A stretch of 64,000 nucleotides of DNA from Candidatus Kaiserbacteria bacterium. GTDB lineage: Bacteria; Patescibacteriota; Minisyncoccia; Phycocordibacterales; Phycocordibacteraceae. Where the stretch lies: contig CAWEXP010000008.1 in assembly GCA_963813065.1 (NCBI GenBank), forward strand, positions 73,289 through 137,288, written 5' to 3'. Of the stretch, positions 18,673-28,712 are shown in pieces. The position numbers were made by a program, and so were the translations under genes. The notes below the pieces were generated by a model. That model did not search any database, was not told where the DNA came from, and worked only from the letters and a program-made list of their open reading frames with translations. The stretch's first letter is position 1. Each line of letters begins with the position of its first letter.

Positions 18673-20377
18673 ATCTCGGCAAGTCGACGGTGGTAGCGAC
18701 TTCGGCGAGGGAGGTGATGCCGGAGAGCGCTTTGAGGATGCCATCTTGCGCCATGGTGAGGTAGCCCTGCTTGCTCGCAAGCTTTGCGATTTCGTTGGCG
18801 GGCGGGTTTTCACGGAGGAATTCGGCGAGCTCGTCGTCCATAAATATGGCTTCATAGAGACCAATGCGGCCGTGGTAGCCGGTCTCGCCCGTTTCTGTGT
18901 TGGGAACTGGCTCCCACACCGTTTCTACTTTTTCTGGTAGCAAACTTTTGTCAGTGAGCGGCTCGAATACTTTGGCAATCATCGCTTTCTCGGCGTCGGT
19001 CAGCGGACGTTCTTTTTTCTTATCCGGATCGAGTTTGCGCAGGAGGCGTTGTGCCATCGAGACGGTGATGGCCGAACCAAACGATTTCGGGTCAGCCCCG
19101 AGGTCGCAGAGGCGAGGGAAGGTGCCTGCGGCGTCGTTGGTGTGGAGGGTGGAGAAGACGAAGTGCCCGGTGAGCGCGGCTTGGATAGCGATATTGGCCG
19201 TGTCGGCGTCGCGGATTTCGCCGACCATGATGACGTCGGGGTCTTGACGCACAATCGAGCGGAGACCCTCGGCGAAGGTGTACTTGGTCTCGTCGACCTG
19301 GGTCTGCACGATACCTTCGAGGTGATACTCGATTGGATCTTCGATGGTGATGACTTTTATTTCCGGATTCTGAATCTCGCGGAGGAAGGAGTAGAGCGTC
19401 GTCGTCTTGCCCGATCCTGTGGGGCCGGTGGTGAGGAGCATGCCATTAGCGCGCCGAATCTCGTGCTCAAGCCGCTCAAGGAGCTTGGGGTGAATGCCGA
19501 GATTCTTGAACGAGACTTTCGTCGTTTCGGGGTCGAGGAGACGGAGAACGATCGACTCGCCGTAATTGCCGGGGATAAAGGAGGAGCGTACCTCCACTTG
19601 CACCGGGCCTCGCGCGATGCTGAAGCGGCCATCCTGCGCGCGATTCGCAATATTTAATTTCACCGCCGAGAGGAGCTTGATGCGCGAATTGAGCTGATGA
19701 TAGGTGGTGGGATCGAAAAAATAAGCATCGACGAGGAGACCATCGAGGCGTAGGCGCAATCGAGTCTGCGTTTCTTCCGGCTCGAAGTGGATGTCTGAGG
19801 CGCGGAGTGCGAGCGCACCTGCCAATACAATCTCGGTAATGTGCGAAACACGATCGAGCGACTTCAGCTCCACCGCCGCATCGAGCGCGGACTTGAGGCT
19901 CGCAAGTGTGGTGATTGGCGCATTCGCGACATCGGGCGCGAGCTCGAAGACGCCCGCGCGGCTCTCGGTGGTGAAGGGGAGGTCGGCATAGCGCGCGAGT
20001 GCTTTTTGAAAACTTTTTTCCGATACGAGGAACTGCGTAACCGAGAAACCATCGCTCGCGAGATCGGTGAGGAGTCCGGGCAACGCAGAATTCGCGGGAT
20101 TGTGAACCGCGAGCGAGAGGTTCTTGGCCGAGCGCGCGAAGGGGATTGCTTCGGCGGCCTCAGCCTTCTCGCGTGGTACCGCGCGCAGAGCCTCGGTATC
20201 TACTTGGAGCAGTGAGAGATCGGCATATTCCATGCCGTACTTCTCTGAGAGAATGTGCGCAACATCTTCTTCTTCGCGTTCACGCACACCAGCAAGCTCA
20301 GCATCTTCCTTTTCAAGATCAAACGGGGAATCCATACGCGGAATGATAGCACCCAAAAACAGGGCAGAGGGGGACAC
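18671..20377 (-). CDS. pilB: Type IV pilus assembly ATPase PilB/GspE family
   Basis: Walker A (LLTTGPTGSGKTTTLYS), Asp box and His box of secretion ATPases, tetracysteine motif absent. Confidence 0.9.
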   Translation of the reverse strand: MSPSALFLGAIIPRMDSPFDLEKEDAELAGVREREEEDVAHILSEKYGMEYADLSLLQVDTEALRAVPREKAEAAEAIPFARSAKNLSLAVHNPANSALPGLLTDLASDGFSVTQFLVSEKSFQKALARYADLPFTTESRAGVFELAPDVANAPITTLASLKSALDAAVELKSLDRVSHITEIVLAGALALRASDIHFEPEETQTRLRLRLDGLLVDAYFFDPTTYHQLNSRIKLLSAVKLNIANRAQDGRFSIARGPVQVEVRSSFIPGNYGESIVLRLLDPETTKVSFKNLGIHPKLLERLEHEIRRANGMLLTTGPTGSGKTTTLYSFLREIQNPEIKVITIEDPIEYHLEGIVQTQVDETKYTFAEGLRSIVRQDPDVIMVGEIRDADTANIAIQAALTGHFVFSTLHTNDAAGTFPRLCDLGADPKSFGSAITVSMAQRLLRKLDPDKKKERPLTDAEKAMIAKVFEPLTDKSLLPEKVETVWEPVPNTETGETGYHGRIGLYEAIFMDDELAEFLRENPPANEIAKLASKQGYLTMAQDGILKALSGITSLAEVATTVDLPR

Positions 20378-20419
20378 TTGACAATAGTGGTCTAATCTGA
20401 TACCCTACACACAGACTTT

Positions 20420-20845
20420 TTGAAGGAGAAAATCATGCGTTCCTTGATTCTCGCAATCGCCGCGCTGGCAGTAACTGCCGGTGCGGCATTGGCCGATAAT
20501 GTTGCTGTGCGTGGCACGACGTCAGTCATAAAGCCGACGTCAGGGCAACCGATCATCCTGCCCATGCCGGAGCAGGGCTCCCACTGGGCCTGCGTTGCCG
20601 TCTCGGGCACCGACACCGAGCAATGCACGGTGACAGAAGGTCCAGTGGTCCCGCCGCCTGCCCCACAGCCCATTGCACAGCTTGCACCCCCACCAGTCGT
20701 GGTGATGGCGAATCCCGCCTGCTACATGGTGCCCGTCCGCGTAGGCTTTGTTTGGATAAACGAACCCATGTGTCCGGGCGACCTCATGATCGGCTTCGAC
20801 CTCTTCGGTGGCCACCATGGCTTCCATGGAGGACATCATCATTAA
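20420..20845 (+). CDS. Small secreted protein with His-rich C-terminus
   Basis: Signal peptide MRSLILAIAALAVTAGAALA. C-terminal GGHHGFHGGHHH. Likely starts at the ATG at 20435. Confidence 0.45.
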   Translation: MKEKIMRSLILAIAALAVTAGAALADNVAVRGTTSVIKPTSGQPIILPMPEQGSHWACVAVSGTDTEQCTVTEGPVVPPPAPQPIAQLAPPPVVVMANPACYMVPVRVGFVWINEPMCPGDLMIGFDLFGGHHGFHGGHHH

Positions 20846-20854
20846 ACTCTTCAG

Positions 20855-20886
20855 GCGCCCCCGAGCAATCGGGGGCATTTCTTTAT
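20855..20886 (+). terminator. Rho-independent terminator
   Basis: gccccc-gagcaatc-gggggc followed by atttctttat. Confidence 0.5.
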
Positions 20887-20927
20887 GATGCGTTTTATTG
20901 AATCGTATTCGAGAGTACAATGGCCGA

Positions 20928-21377
20928 ATGGAACAGCGGATTGAAAATCTCGATGAGCTCGGGCTCGCGGCGCAGGCCTTTGTTGCGCAATTGGTGCCGC
21001 GAAGAGAGGGTGCGACGCTCGTCACCCTCTCGGGCGAGCTCGGGGCGGGGAAGACCGCGTTTACCAAGGGGGTTGCGAAAGCGCTCGGTATCGAGGAAGT
21101 GGTCACCAGCCCCACGTTCGTTTTGGAAAAAATATACCAACTCAAGAATCAAAAATTTACGCGTCTCATTCATATAGATGCTTACCGTCTCGAGTCTGCC
21201 GCCGACCTCGCGTCGCTCGGTTTCGACGAAAGTATGAAGGATCCGGGGAACCTCATTTTCCTCGAATGGCCGGAACGAGTTGCTGGGGGCTTGCCGAACG
21301 CCCCGGTCGAGCTCACCTTTTCCGTCCTCCCCGACCATTCTCGCCATCTGCGGATTACAGGTACAATAGGAGGGTGA
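20928..21377 (+). CDS. tsaE: tRNA t6A biosynthesis protein TsaE (YjeE)
   Basis: P-loop LSGELGAGKTAFTKG. Probable ATG at 20928 (the track ORF starts at an upstream TTG). Confidence 0.7.
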   Translation: MEQRIENLDELGLAAQAFVAQLVPRREGATLVTLSGELGAGKTAFTKGVAKALGIEEVVTSPTFVLEKIYQLKNQKFTRLIHIDAYRLESAADLASLGFDESMKDPGNLIFLEWPERVAGGLPNAPVELTFSVLPDHSRHLRITGTIGG

Positions 21378-23689
21378 CCAAGAAACGCCTCGTCCTCTTA
21401 GACGCCCACGCGATTATCCATCGCGCGTATCACGCCTTGCCAGACTTCACCGGCCCCACAGGCGAGCCGACGGGCGCGCTCTACGGCGTCGTCGCGATGT
21501 TGCTGAAGATTATCACCGAACTCAAGCCGGATTATATTGCCGCATGCTACGACTTGCCCGGCCCCACCGTGCGCCACGAGGCCTATGCCGAGTACAAGGG
21601 CACGCGTGCGAAAACGGATGATGCACTGGTCGCTCAGCTCAATAGTTCGCGCAAAGTCTTCGAGGCGTTTTCGATTCCGGCGTATGATCGTGCAGGATTC
21701 GAGGCTGACGACTTGCTCGGCACCATCGCGCATGAGATGGAATCAAAGAAAGATATTCAAGTCATCATCGCGTCGGGCGATATGGACACGCTCCAGCTCG
21801 TTGATGACAAGCGCGTGATGGTCTATACGCTGAAGAAGGGAATTAATGACACTATTTTATACGACGAAGCAAATGTGAAAGAACGGTTTGGATTCAAGCC
21901 CGCGCTCATTCCGGATTACAAAGGCCTTCGCGGTGATCCGTCCGACAACATCAAAGGCGTCCCCGGTATTGGCGACAAGACGGCGACCGAGCTCATTGTT
22001 AATTTTGGCACCATCGAACAGCTGTATAAAAAATTGAAGAAGAGCGAGACGGTGTTGGTAGAAAAAGGCGTCAAGAAACGCGTCATCGAACTCTTGAAAG
22101 CACACGAAGAAGACGCGCTCTTCTCGAAGAGTCTTGCGACGATTCGCACCGACGCGCCGATTGCCTTCGGATTACCGAAAGACTCATGGCGCGAGGGTGT
22201 TGATGAGAAAAAAATTCTCGCAATGTGCGACGAGTTCGGATTCCGGTCGCTCAAAACGCGTATTAAAATGACGCTCGGCGGGCAGAAGCAATTTGATGAA
22301 GCTTTGGATCCGCATAGGACGAACGGGGTTGGCGAGGGCGTTCCGCCAAAGCCTTCACAAATTCCTCCTACCCGCCTCGCGCAAGCACAAGTGATGCTTT
22401 GGCTCATCTCTTCTGAATTCACTGACGCAACACTCGACGACCTGCTTGCGTTTACCAAGAAAGAAAATTTCGACGCCGCATATGCCGAGCTCGAGAAACA
22501 GCTCGGCGAGCTGGGGCGCGTGCGCGACGTGTACGAGAACATCGAGAAGCCACTCATCCCGGTTATCCGCGGGATGGAGGAGCGCGGCATTCTCGTCGAC
22601 CCCGCCGTGCTCGCGGATCTCGCGAAGAAATATCGCGCCGAGCTTGAGTCAATCGAGAAGAAAATTTATAAAGCGGCGGGGCACGAGTTCAATATCGCCT
22701 CGCCCAAACAGCTCGCGGTGGTTCTCTTCGACGAGATGCACCTCGTGCCCGAGAAGCAGAAGAAGACGCCGGGTGGCGAACGCTCGACACGCGAGAGCGA
22801 GCTGGAAAAAATAAAAGAACTGCACCCCATCGTCGCGCAGATTCTCGATTATCGCGAATTGAAAAAGTTACTCTCGACCTACATCGATAACTTGCCGCCC
22901 TTACTCGACCTTGGGCACCGCCTCCACGCACGTTTCGTCCAGACGGGTACCACCACCGGCCGCATGAGTAGCCAGGACCCGAATCTGCAGAATATTCCAC
23001 TCCATTCCGAGCGCGGCAAGGCGATTCGTCACGCATTTGTTGCAACCGATGGTTTCGAGCTTGTCTCACTCGACTATTCGCAAATCGAATTGCGTATTGC
23101 CGCCATCCTCTCAGGCGACGAGAAACTCTGCGAGATATTCCGCCACGGGCGCGACGTGCACACCGAGGTCGCATCGATGGTCTTCGGCGTTGAGGCGGAG
23201 AAGGTGGATCAAGAAATGCGCCGCCGGGCCAAGGTGATCAACTTCGGCATTCTCTACGGCATGGGCGCCAATGCTCTGCGCGCTCAACTCGGCAGCTCGA
23301 CCGCCGAGGCACATCAGTTCCTCGAAGATTATTTCCACACCTTTAAAACGCTGGCCGAATATCTCGAGACAACGCGAGGGTTCGCGCGCAAGCACGGCTA
23401 CACCGAGACCCTCTTCGGTCGCCGCCGCCAATTCTCGGAGATGAAGTCGCCTCTGCCGTATGTCCGCGCGCAAGCCGAGCGCATGGCGATCAATGCACCA
23501 ATCCAGGGTACGCAGTCAGATATCATCAAGCTCGCAATGGTGCGCGCCGACGAGATGTTGAAAGAGAAAAAGCGTCTGATGACGCACATCTTTTGCTCCA
23601 AGTGCATGACGAACTGGTCTACGAGATACAAAAAGAGCGCGTCACCAATCTCTCGGCGCGTATCAAGAAAATTATGGAATCGGTGTTGA
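21374..23689 (+). CDS. polA: DNA polymerase I (5'-3' exonuclease + polymerase domains); 3' end frameshifted, continues to 23769 in the -1 frame
   Basis: GTG start at 21374 preceded by AGGAGG. Pol A motifs RRRAKVINFGILYGMG and QGTQSDIIKLAM. After ADEMLKEKK the frame is lost. The -1 frame reads HLLLQVHDELVYE...GPNWGNLKVV-stop (canonical motif C and C-terminus). Break at the A5 run 23567-23571. Confidence 0.85.
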   Translation: MTKKRLVLLDAHAIIHRAYHALPDFTGPTGEPTGALYGVVAMLLKIITELKPDYIAACYDLPGPTVRHEAYAEYKGTRAKTDDALVAQLNSSRKVFEAFSIPAYDRAGFEADDLLGTIAHEMESKKDIQVIIASGDMDTLQLVDDKRVMVYTLKKGINDTILYDEANVKERFGFKPALIPDYKGLRGDPSDNIKGVPGIGDKTATELIVNFGTIEQLYKKLKKSETVLVEKGVKKRVIELLKAHEEDALFSKSLATIRTDAPIAFGLPKDSWREGVDEKKILAMCDEFGFRSLKTRIKMTLGGQKQFDEALDPHRTNGVGEGVPPKPSQIPPTRLAQAQVMLWLISSEFTDATLDDLLAFTKKENFDAAYAELEKQLGELGRVRDVYENIEKPLIPVIRGMEERGILVDPAVLADLAKKYRAELESIEKKIYKAAGHEFNIASPKQLAVVLFDEMHLVPEKQKKTPGGERSTRESELEKIKELHPIVAQILDYRELKKLLSTYIDNLPPLLDLGHRLHARFVQTGTTTGRMSSQDPNLQNIPLHSERGKAIRHAFVATDGFELVSLDYSQIELRIAAILSGDEKLCEIFRHGRDVHTEVASMVFGVEAEKVDQEMRRRAKVINFGILYGMGANALRAQLGSSTAEAHQFLEDYFHTFKTLAEYLETTRGFARKHGYTETLFGRRRQFSEMKSPLPYVRAQAERMAINAPIQGTQSDIIKLAMVRADEMLKEKKRLMTHIFCSKCMTNWSTRYKKSASPISRRVSRKLWNRC

Positions 23690-23765
23690 CCAAAGAAGAG
23701 GCGCGCCATGTGCCCATCCTCGCCGCAGAAAAGATTGGTCCGAATTGGGGCAATCTGAAAGTCGT

Positions 23766-24374
23766 ATGATCTACCTTTTCCACGGTTCTGACGTCGAAAA
23801 AGTGCGGCGGCAGGCGTTCGCTTTTATCGAAGCGGCACGGAAGAAGCAGCCCGACCTCGCGTATGTGCGCCTCGCGCGCGAAGAAATGACTGCGGGCGCG
23901 CTCGAGGAAGTTGCGAGCGCTGGGGGGCTCTTCGTCAGCCGCTTGCTGGTGCTCCTTGATGACCCCTTCTCGGGCGACACCAATCTCGTCGAGGAATATA
24001 TCGAACCACTCGCGAAGTCCGACAATGCGATCATTGTTCTCGCGCCGAAATTGCCGCCTGCAAAAGCAAAAAAACTTTCCGCGAAGGCGGCGAAGTCGTA
24101 CGAGTTCAATGCCGCCGCGCGCGAGGACGCGCGCGGATTTAATTCCGCACTCGTCAACGCACTCGGCGCTCGCAATCCTCAGAAACTCTGGCTCGAAGTC
24201 GTCCGCGCGCTCTCGAAGGGTGATGCACCCGAACAAGTCCACGGCCTCTTGCACTGGAAGGCCCGCACCATGTCGCGCGAACTCTCCTTGTCGCTTATTG
24301 CGCTCCTTATGGATTCTCGCCGCGCTGGCATCGACCTCGCTGAATCGCTCGAGCGCTGGGCCCTTTCTATTTAA
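23766..24374 (+). CDS. holA: DNA polymerase III delta subunit-like (HolA-like, short)
   Basis: MIYLFHGSDVEKVRRQAFAFIEAA resembles the HolA N-terminus. Start overlaps the restored polA stop (ATGA). Ends 12 bp before repeat 1. Confidence 0.45.
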   Translation: MIYLFHGSDVEKVRRQAFAFIEAARKKQPDLAYVRLAREEMTAGALEEVASAGGLFVSRLLVLLDDPFSGDTNLVEEYIEPLAKSDNAIIVLAPKLPPAKAKKLSAKAAKSYEFNAAAREDARGFNSALVNALGARNPQKLWLEVVRALSKGDAPEQVHGLLHWKARTMSRELSLSLIALLMDSRRAGIDLAESLERWALSI

Positions 24375-24386
24375 ATCTCAGCTACA

Positions 24387-24423
24387 GTTGCACAATATCC
24401 TTTTTCCGAAGGTGGTGTGCAGG
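24387..24423 (+). repeat. Array repeat R1
   Basis: Exact 37-mer, 12 bp after the holA-like stop. Confidence 0.9.
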
Positions 24424-25041
24424 TAACTCTCGCGCTGACGGGCGCGCGAATATCGGAAGTACTGGCGCTAACCGGCGAACGTAGTGCAGAAATGTCATGG
24501 AGATGCTCGGTCAGAAACTACGCTAATCTATACAAATTTAACAATTCACTTAGAACCTCATCACGTTGACTCCGTTGAGAACACCCACCGCCTTGGCAAA
24601 GTTAATTAGCATCTAGTCGTTTCGATCAACTGAGACATTACCGGATGGGCGTCGTAATGGATCGGCCAATGAGGCTGACGCTGAGCCCGGTCTAACTCGT
24701 ATCGGCCCCGTCAACAGGGGCAAGCATTGGTCCTTTCAGCGCGGCCCGCGAGACGGTCACAGTTTGGCGTGAGATGCCGGGAGCGGACCCGCCCCATCGG
24801 TTCAGACGTAACGAGCCTTCGAGTTGCATCGGTGAAGCTATCCACACGCGGGCCTGGGCCCAATGAATACCCAAAAGTCAGAGCGCTTGCTTAGTGCGCC
24901 TAGTCGATTACATAATGGTTACTGTGTGATATTATCCACATGCGCGTCTCTGAACTTTGTGGGGAGATCGGATGAGCGTATATGTTGCCCCCAGATTACT
25001 CAGCCTTCAAGGCAAACATGAACCGAGGCCATAAGTAGAGC

Positions 25042-26265
25042 ATGTCAAACGAAGAGCGCTTAGATCAAATCCTGTCGCGTGGCGTTATCAAACAGATACT
25101 GCCGAGCGAGCAAGAGTTCAAAGAACGTATGCTCAGCGGCGCACCGCTGCGGTTTTACATCGGTGCTGATCCAACTAGTAATGCTCTCCACCTCAGTCAC
25201 GCCAAGAACTATCAAGTCTTGGAAGAATTTCGCCTACTCGGCCATGAGGTAATTGTCTTGTTCGGCGATTTCACCGCGCGTATCGGCGATCCCACAGACA
25301 GGACCGCGGCTCGATCACGTCTCACCGGCGATGAGATACGGAAAAACGTTGAGGATTGGATGAGGCAAATCCGTCCATTAATGGACTTCAGTGCCAAAGA
25401 AAACCCTCCGCGAGTTCTCTTCAATTCTGAATGGCTATCTCCTCTGACTTTCGAAGAGGTTGTGAACTTGGCATCCAACATGACAGTGCAAAGGATGCTT
25501 GAGCGAGATATGTTCGAGCGGCGCATGGAAGAGCAGAGGCCTATCTTCCTACATGAGTTCCTATATCCTCTTATGCAAGGGTACGATAGCGTCGCTATGA
25601 ATGTGGACGTTGAATTATGTGGGACTGATCAGATATTTAACGCTCTCGTTGGCCGCTCCCTTCAAAAGACGTACAACAATAAAGACAAGTTTGTAGTGGC
25701 CGTGAATCTAATGGAAAATCCGGTGACTGGAGCTCTGATGTCAAAGAGCCGAGGTACTGGAGTGTTTCTGGATGCGGAACCGTTCGATATGTACGGATCC
25801 ATAATGGCGCAACCTGACGAAATGATAGAGATAATTCTCCTCAACAATACGCGTTTGCCTAAGGACGAAATCGTCCGAGTGTTGGCCCTCGGCCCACGCG
25901 ACGCAAAAATGAGAACGGCATTTCTCGTCACCACTTTGTTTCATGGTGAGGAAGCTGCTTTCGCGGCCGAACAGAGGTTCGTTGAGGTGATACAGAAGAA
26001 AATGGCCCCCACCAGTATTCCAACCATCGGTGTTAGTAGAGAGACACCAGCTGCGTTCGAGATTGTCAGGGCGTGCCTCGACGCCAACGTATCAAATAGC
26101 GAAATAGGTCGGCTGTTCAAACAGCGCGCAATCAGGATCGATGGTGATGTCGTAGATGACCGCGACAAGGTGATCAGGCTGTCGGCCGAGGGAACGAAGG
26201 TAAATGTCGGGAAACGAAAATGGTTCAACGTCGTCGCAGCGCGTTGCGCTGACGGAGCTAGCTAG
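25042..26265 (+). CDS. tyrS: Tyrosyl-tRNA synthetase (class I, with C-terminal S4 domain) carried in cassette 1
   Basis: HIGH-type motif (ADPTSNALHLSHA), KMSKS-type motif (LMSKSRGTGV), C-terminal S4-like RLFKQRAIRIDGDVV. 407 aa. Confidence 0.8.
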   Translation: MSNEERLDQILSRGVIKQILPSEQEFKERMLSGAPLRFYIGADPTSNALHLSHAKNYQVLEEFRLLGHEVIVLFGDFTARIGDPTDRTAARSRLTGDEIRKNVEDWMRQIRPLMDFSAKENPPRVLFNSEWLSPLTFEEVVNLASNMTVQRMLERDMFERRMEEQRPIFLHEFLYPLMQGYDSVAMNVDVELCGTDQIFNALVGRSLQKTYNNKDKFVVAVNLMENPVTGALMSKSRGTGVFLDAEPFDMYGSIMAQPDEMIEIILLNNTRLPKDEIVRVLALGPRDAKMRTAFLVTTLFHGEEAAFAAEQRFVEVIQKKMAPTSIPTIGVSRETPAAFEIVRACLDANVSNSEIGRLFKQRAIRIDGDVVDDRDKVIRLSAEGTKVNVGKRKWFNVVAARCADGAS

Positions 26266-26533
26266 CGATTTCTTGAACGAAATTCTGCTCAGAACATCGT
26301 GGTTTGCTGGTCTGAACGCTCCATTGCCACTTTGGGATGTCCTATTTATTGGCGGCTCCCTAAAGTACAACATTGCACGTCCTGACTCAGATGTTGATCT
26401 GTTTCTCGTTATGCCAAGGCATATCCAGTTAGAGCGTCAGATCAACCCCGTTTACGAATTTCGATTTCGTCACCACATACAAGTCGTTTGCGTATGCATT
26501 TCTGCTGACGAAAAACAGGTGTCACACGAATAA
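26204..26533 (+). CDS. Minimal nucleotidyltransferase-fold protein (MNT-like)
   Basis: GS-x9-DxD signature (FIGGSLKYNIARPDSDVDLFLV). Overlaps the tyrS 3' end by 62 nt, so the start is uncertain. Confidence 0.45.
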   Translation: MSGNENGSTSSQRVALTELASDFLNEILLRTSWFAGLNAPLPLWDVLFIGGSLKYNIARPDSDVDLFLVMPRHIQLERQINPVYEFRFRHHIQVVCVCISADEKQVSHE

Positions 26534-26747
26534 ATGGTTGTCGTACGATCTTTGCAGATTTTCTCCGACTGTCCACGTTCTTCTATCGCGCCTGACGCAA
26601 CGAAATGGGTTGTCCAGTGACTTTTTTATACAGATGAACCAGCTATGGGGGCAACTCTTGTCTGAAGTTGGACTTACGGCAACGAAAGGCATATCATGGT
26701 CTAATCAAAACCTAGACTTGTTGCTCTTTCAATAGAGGGGCACCGCG

Positions 26748-27635
26748 ATGAACGACCACTTCGTAGCATCGTATTTTGACTTTTCTGCATTGCCGATTGA
26801 CTTTGTTGGCAAGCAGACTTTGTGGGGGGTCTCGCCGGTCTCGCCACTTCACTTGGGCTATGATGCGTTGTTTGGCATGCAGTCGCAGTTGTGCGAATTG
26901 GGTGCAAAACCTCGGACGCTGCTAGCCGACGTCCACGCGATGATGTCTCACGGGTTATCCAAGAACGACGTGGTAGTCCGTGCCAGCTACTACGATCACG
27001 TTTTGAGGGACGTGTTTTCCATAGACACAGAAGTAATTCTCGGTTCAGGGTTTGAATACACGGAAGGCTACACAGCAATTTTGTACAAAACCATGCAACA
27101 CTTTACCGTTGGTCAGTCGAAACAGGCTGCTGGAGCGACAAAGAAGAACACCCGCGACACCATCGACCGTTACGTTTATCCGCTAATGCAGTGTGTGGAC
27201 GCAGCAATTCTCGGTCCAGACATCATTGTGGCCGAGAGAAGTCAGGAAAAAATCTATAGGCTGATGAGATCGATGGCTGATGAGCCGGTTTTTGACTCAA
27301 TTTGTGCGTGGTTGTCGTCAGTACACATTGTCTATGTGGAATCAACGCACGATTTGAACGGCGAAAGGATGCAGAACAGCTCGCGGCACACCCGGATAAG
27401 CTACCACGACGAAGCTGATGTAGTGGAGGCGAAAGTGAGGAAAATGTTTGCGCCACCAGAGGCGAAACAACAAGGTGAGAAAGGGAATCCACTCTTGGTT
27501 GCACAATATCCTTTTTCCGAAGGTGGTGTGCAGGTCTTGGTTGCGGCAACGAATGGACGCGAGCCTCAATGGAGAGATATTGAAGGCCGAAAAATGGCAC
27601 TCATGCCAGAACCGCAATCTGCAGTGAGAATTTGA
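26748..27635 (+). CDS. Class I aminoacyl-tRNA synthetase-like protein (TrpRS/TyrRS family), 3' end replaced by array repeat R2
   Basis: HIGH-like region GVSPVSPLHLGYDALFG and a catalytic-core-like middle. The last ~46 codons are encoded by the repeat plus flank. Likely a truncated paralogue. Confidence 0.5.
   Translation: MNDHFVASYFDFSALPIDFVGKQTLWGVSPVSPLHLGYDALFGMQSQLCELGAKPRTLLADVHAMMSHGLSKNDVVVRASYYDHVLRDVFSIDTEVILGSGFEYTEGYTAILYKTMQHFTVGQSKQAAGATKKNTRDTIDRYVYPLMQCVDAAILGPDIIVAERSQEKIYRLMRSMADEPVFDSICAWLSSVHIVYVESTHDLNGERMQNSSRHTRISYHDEADVVEAKVRKMFAPPEAKQQGEKGNPLLVAQYPFSEGGVQVLVAATNGREPQWRDIEGRKMALMPEPQSAVRI
27498..27534 (+). repeat. Array repeat R2
   Basis: Exact 37-mer. Lies inside the 3' end of the aaRS-like ORF 26748..27635 (encodes VAQYPFSEGGVQ). 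Confidence 0.9.
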
Positions 27636-27683
27636 TGGGGAAAAGCACTTCCGCCCTAAATTTCGAGACTTTATCCGGAGGAG

Positions 27684-28712
27684 ATGATGGAAAATCGTGA
27701 TTTGGCAAGCCAAGAATTATCTGGGCTATTGTTTTCGGAGTTCGACGCGAACAAACCCATAGAGTGGAAGAATGATAGAATGTCGGCGTTTCTATTGCGA
27801 GCAGCATTTAATATTGTTCGCTGTGACGAATACCTAAGTACCATTCCCCTCACTCGGGTTCGTCCGAGCATACATCGCGAACTTTATGGCGCTCTGCGAA
27901 ACTACGCGTTGAAAGGTGACTTGGGGTTTGAAGAACATGACGAATGGAAGTTTTGGTCCATAAGTTGCTTGATCAACGACGCCCAATATCGAATCGCGGC
28001 AACGTTCGATCGATGCATAGCCCACTGGATTATTAAGTTCTTCCGTGACGTGGAGCCGTCGCATCCTCAAAAAGAAAGGGCAGCGCCCATAGAAGATCTG
28101 CTCCACTCCTGGGAGTCGGTAAAATTGATGACGCTCAAAATCTCTTTGTCGAGCATGAAACAAGTGTGCGATGCGATGCCAGACGAGAGTGGTTCGACGC
28201 TTTCTGAGTCACTCCACAAAAGCATGTTATCAATCGAAAGAATCTCTTCTGCTTTGTGGTTATCTGGAACAGATACTGCAGCAGGTGCTATTCGACATGC
28301 TCAAAATGCATACTGCAGACGCATCAGAGAGGTGGCCACATCAGGTGATTGCCTTTCGGCATACAGGCTAATCGACCAATTGTCGGTATGCAGACAGGAT
28401 GCGAAAGGGAAGATTTATGAGCGAGCGAATAACATGAACGATGAGGAATGTCTTGCTATTGTTATTGGGCGGGTAAACGATTTCAAACATCGAGCAATCG
28501 GACCAAATATTGAAGAGGAGCTGAAAGAGGAGGCGAAGCCGTACCTGCGTCACATCGAGCTTGCCATTACAATTCAGGCATTGCGCATAGTGACGCGATT
28601 TTTCAAAGCTATGTCTGCGTGTATAGAAAAAGCCTCCGAACTGGGTTTGGAGGCTTCAAAGAACAATCAAGCGCGCACTGGAGAAGTTGTACCGTTCAGT
28701 AAAGCATTGTAG
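27684..28712 (+). CDS. Hypothetical protein (cassette 2)
   Basis: 342 aa, no recognisable motif, AT-rich codon usage unlike the flanking core genes. Confidence 0.4.
   Translation: MMENRDLASQELSGLLFSEFDANKPIEWKNDRMSAFLLRAAFNIVRCDEYLSTIPLTRVRPSIHRELYGALRNYALKGDLGFEEHDEWKFWSISCLINDAQYRIAATFDRCIAHWIIKFFRDVEPSHPQKERAAPIEDLLHSWESVKLMTLKISLSSMKQVCDAMPDESGSTLSESLHKSMLSIERISSALWLSGTDTAAGAIRHAQNAYCRRIREVATSGDCLSAYRLIDQLSVCRQDAKGKIYERANNMNDEECLAIVIGRVNDFKHRAIGPNIEEELKEEAKPYLRHIELAITIQALRIVTRFFKAMSACIEKASELGLEASKNNQARTGEVVPFSKAL

Noticed and set aside
24424-25041. T-box riboswitch upstream of tyrS
   Set aside because: No T-box consensus or antiterminator arrangement found on the coding strand.
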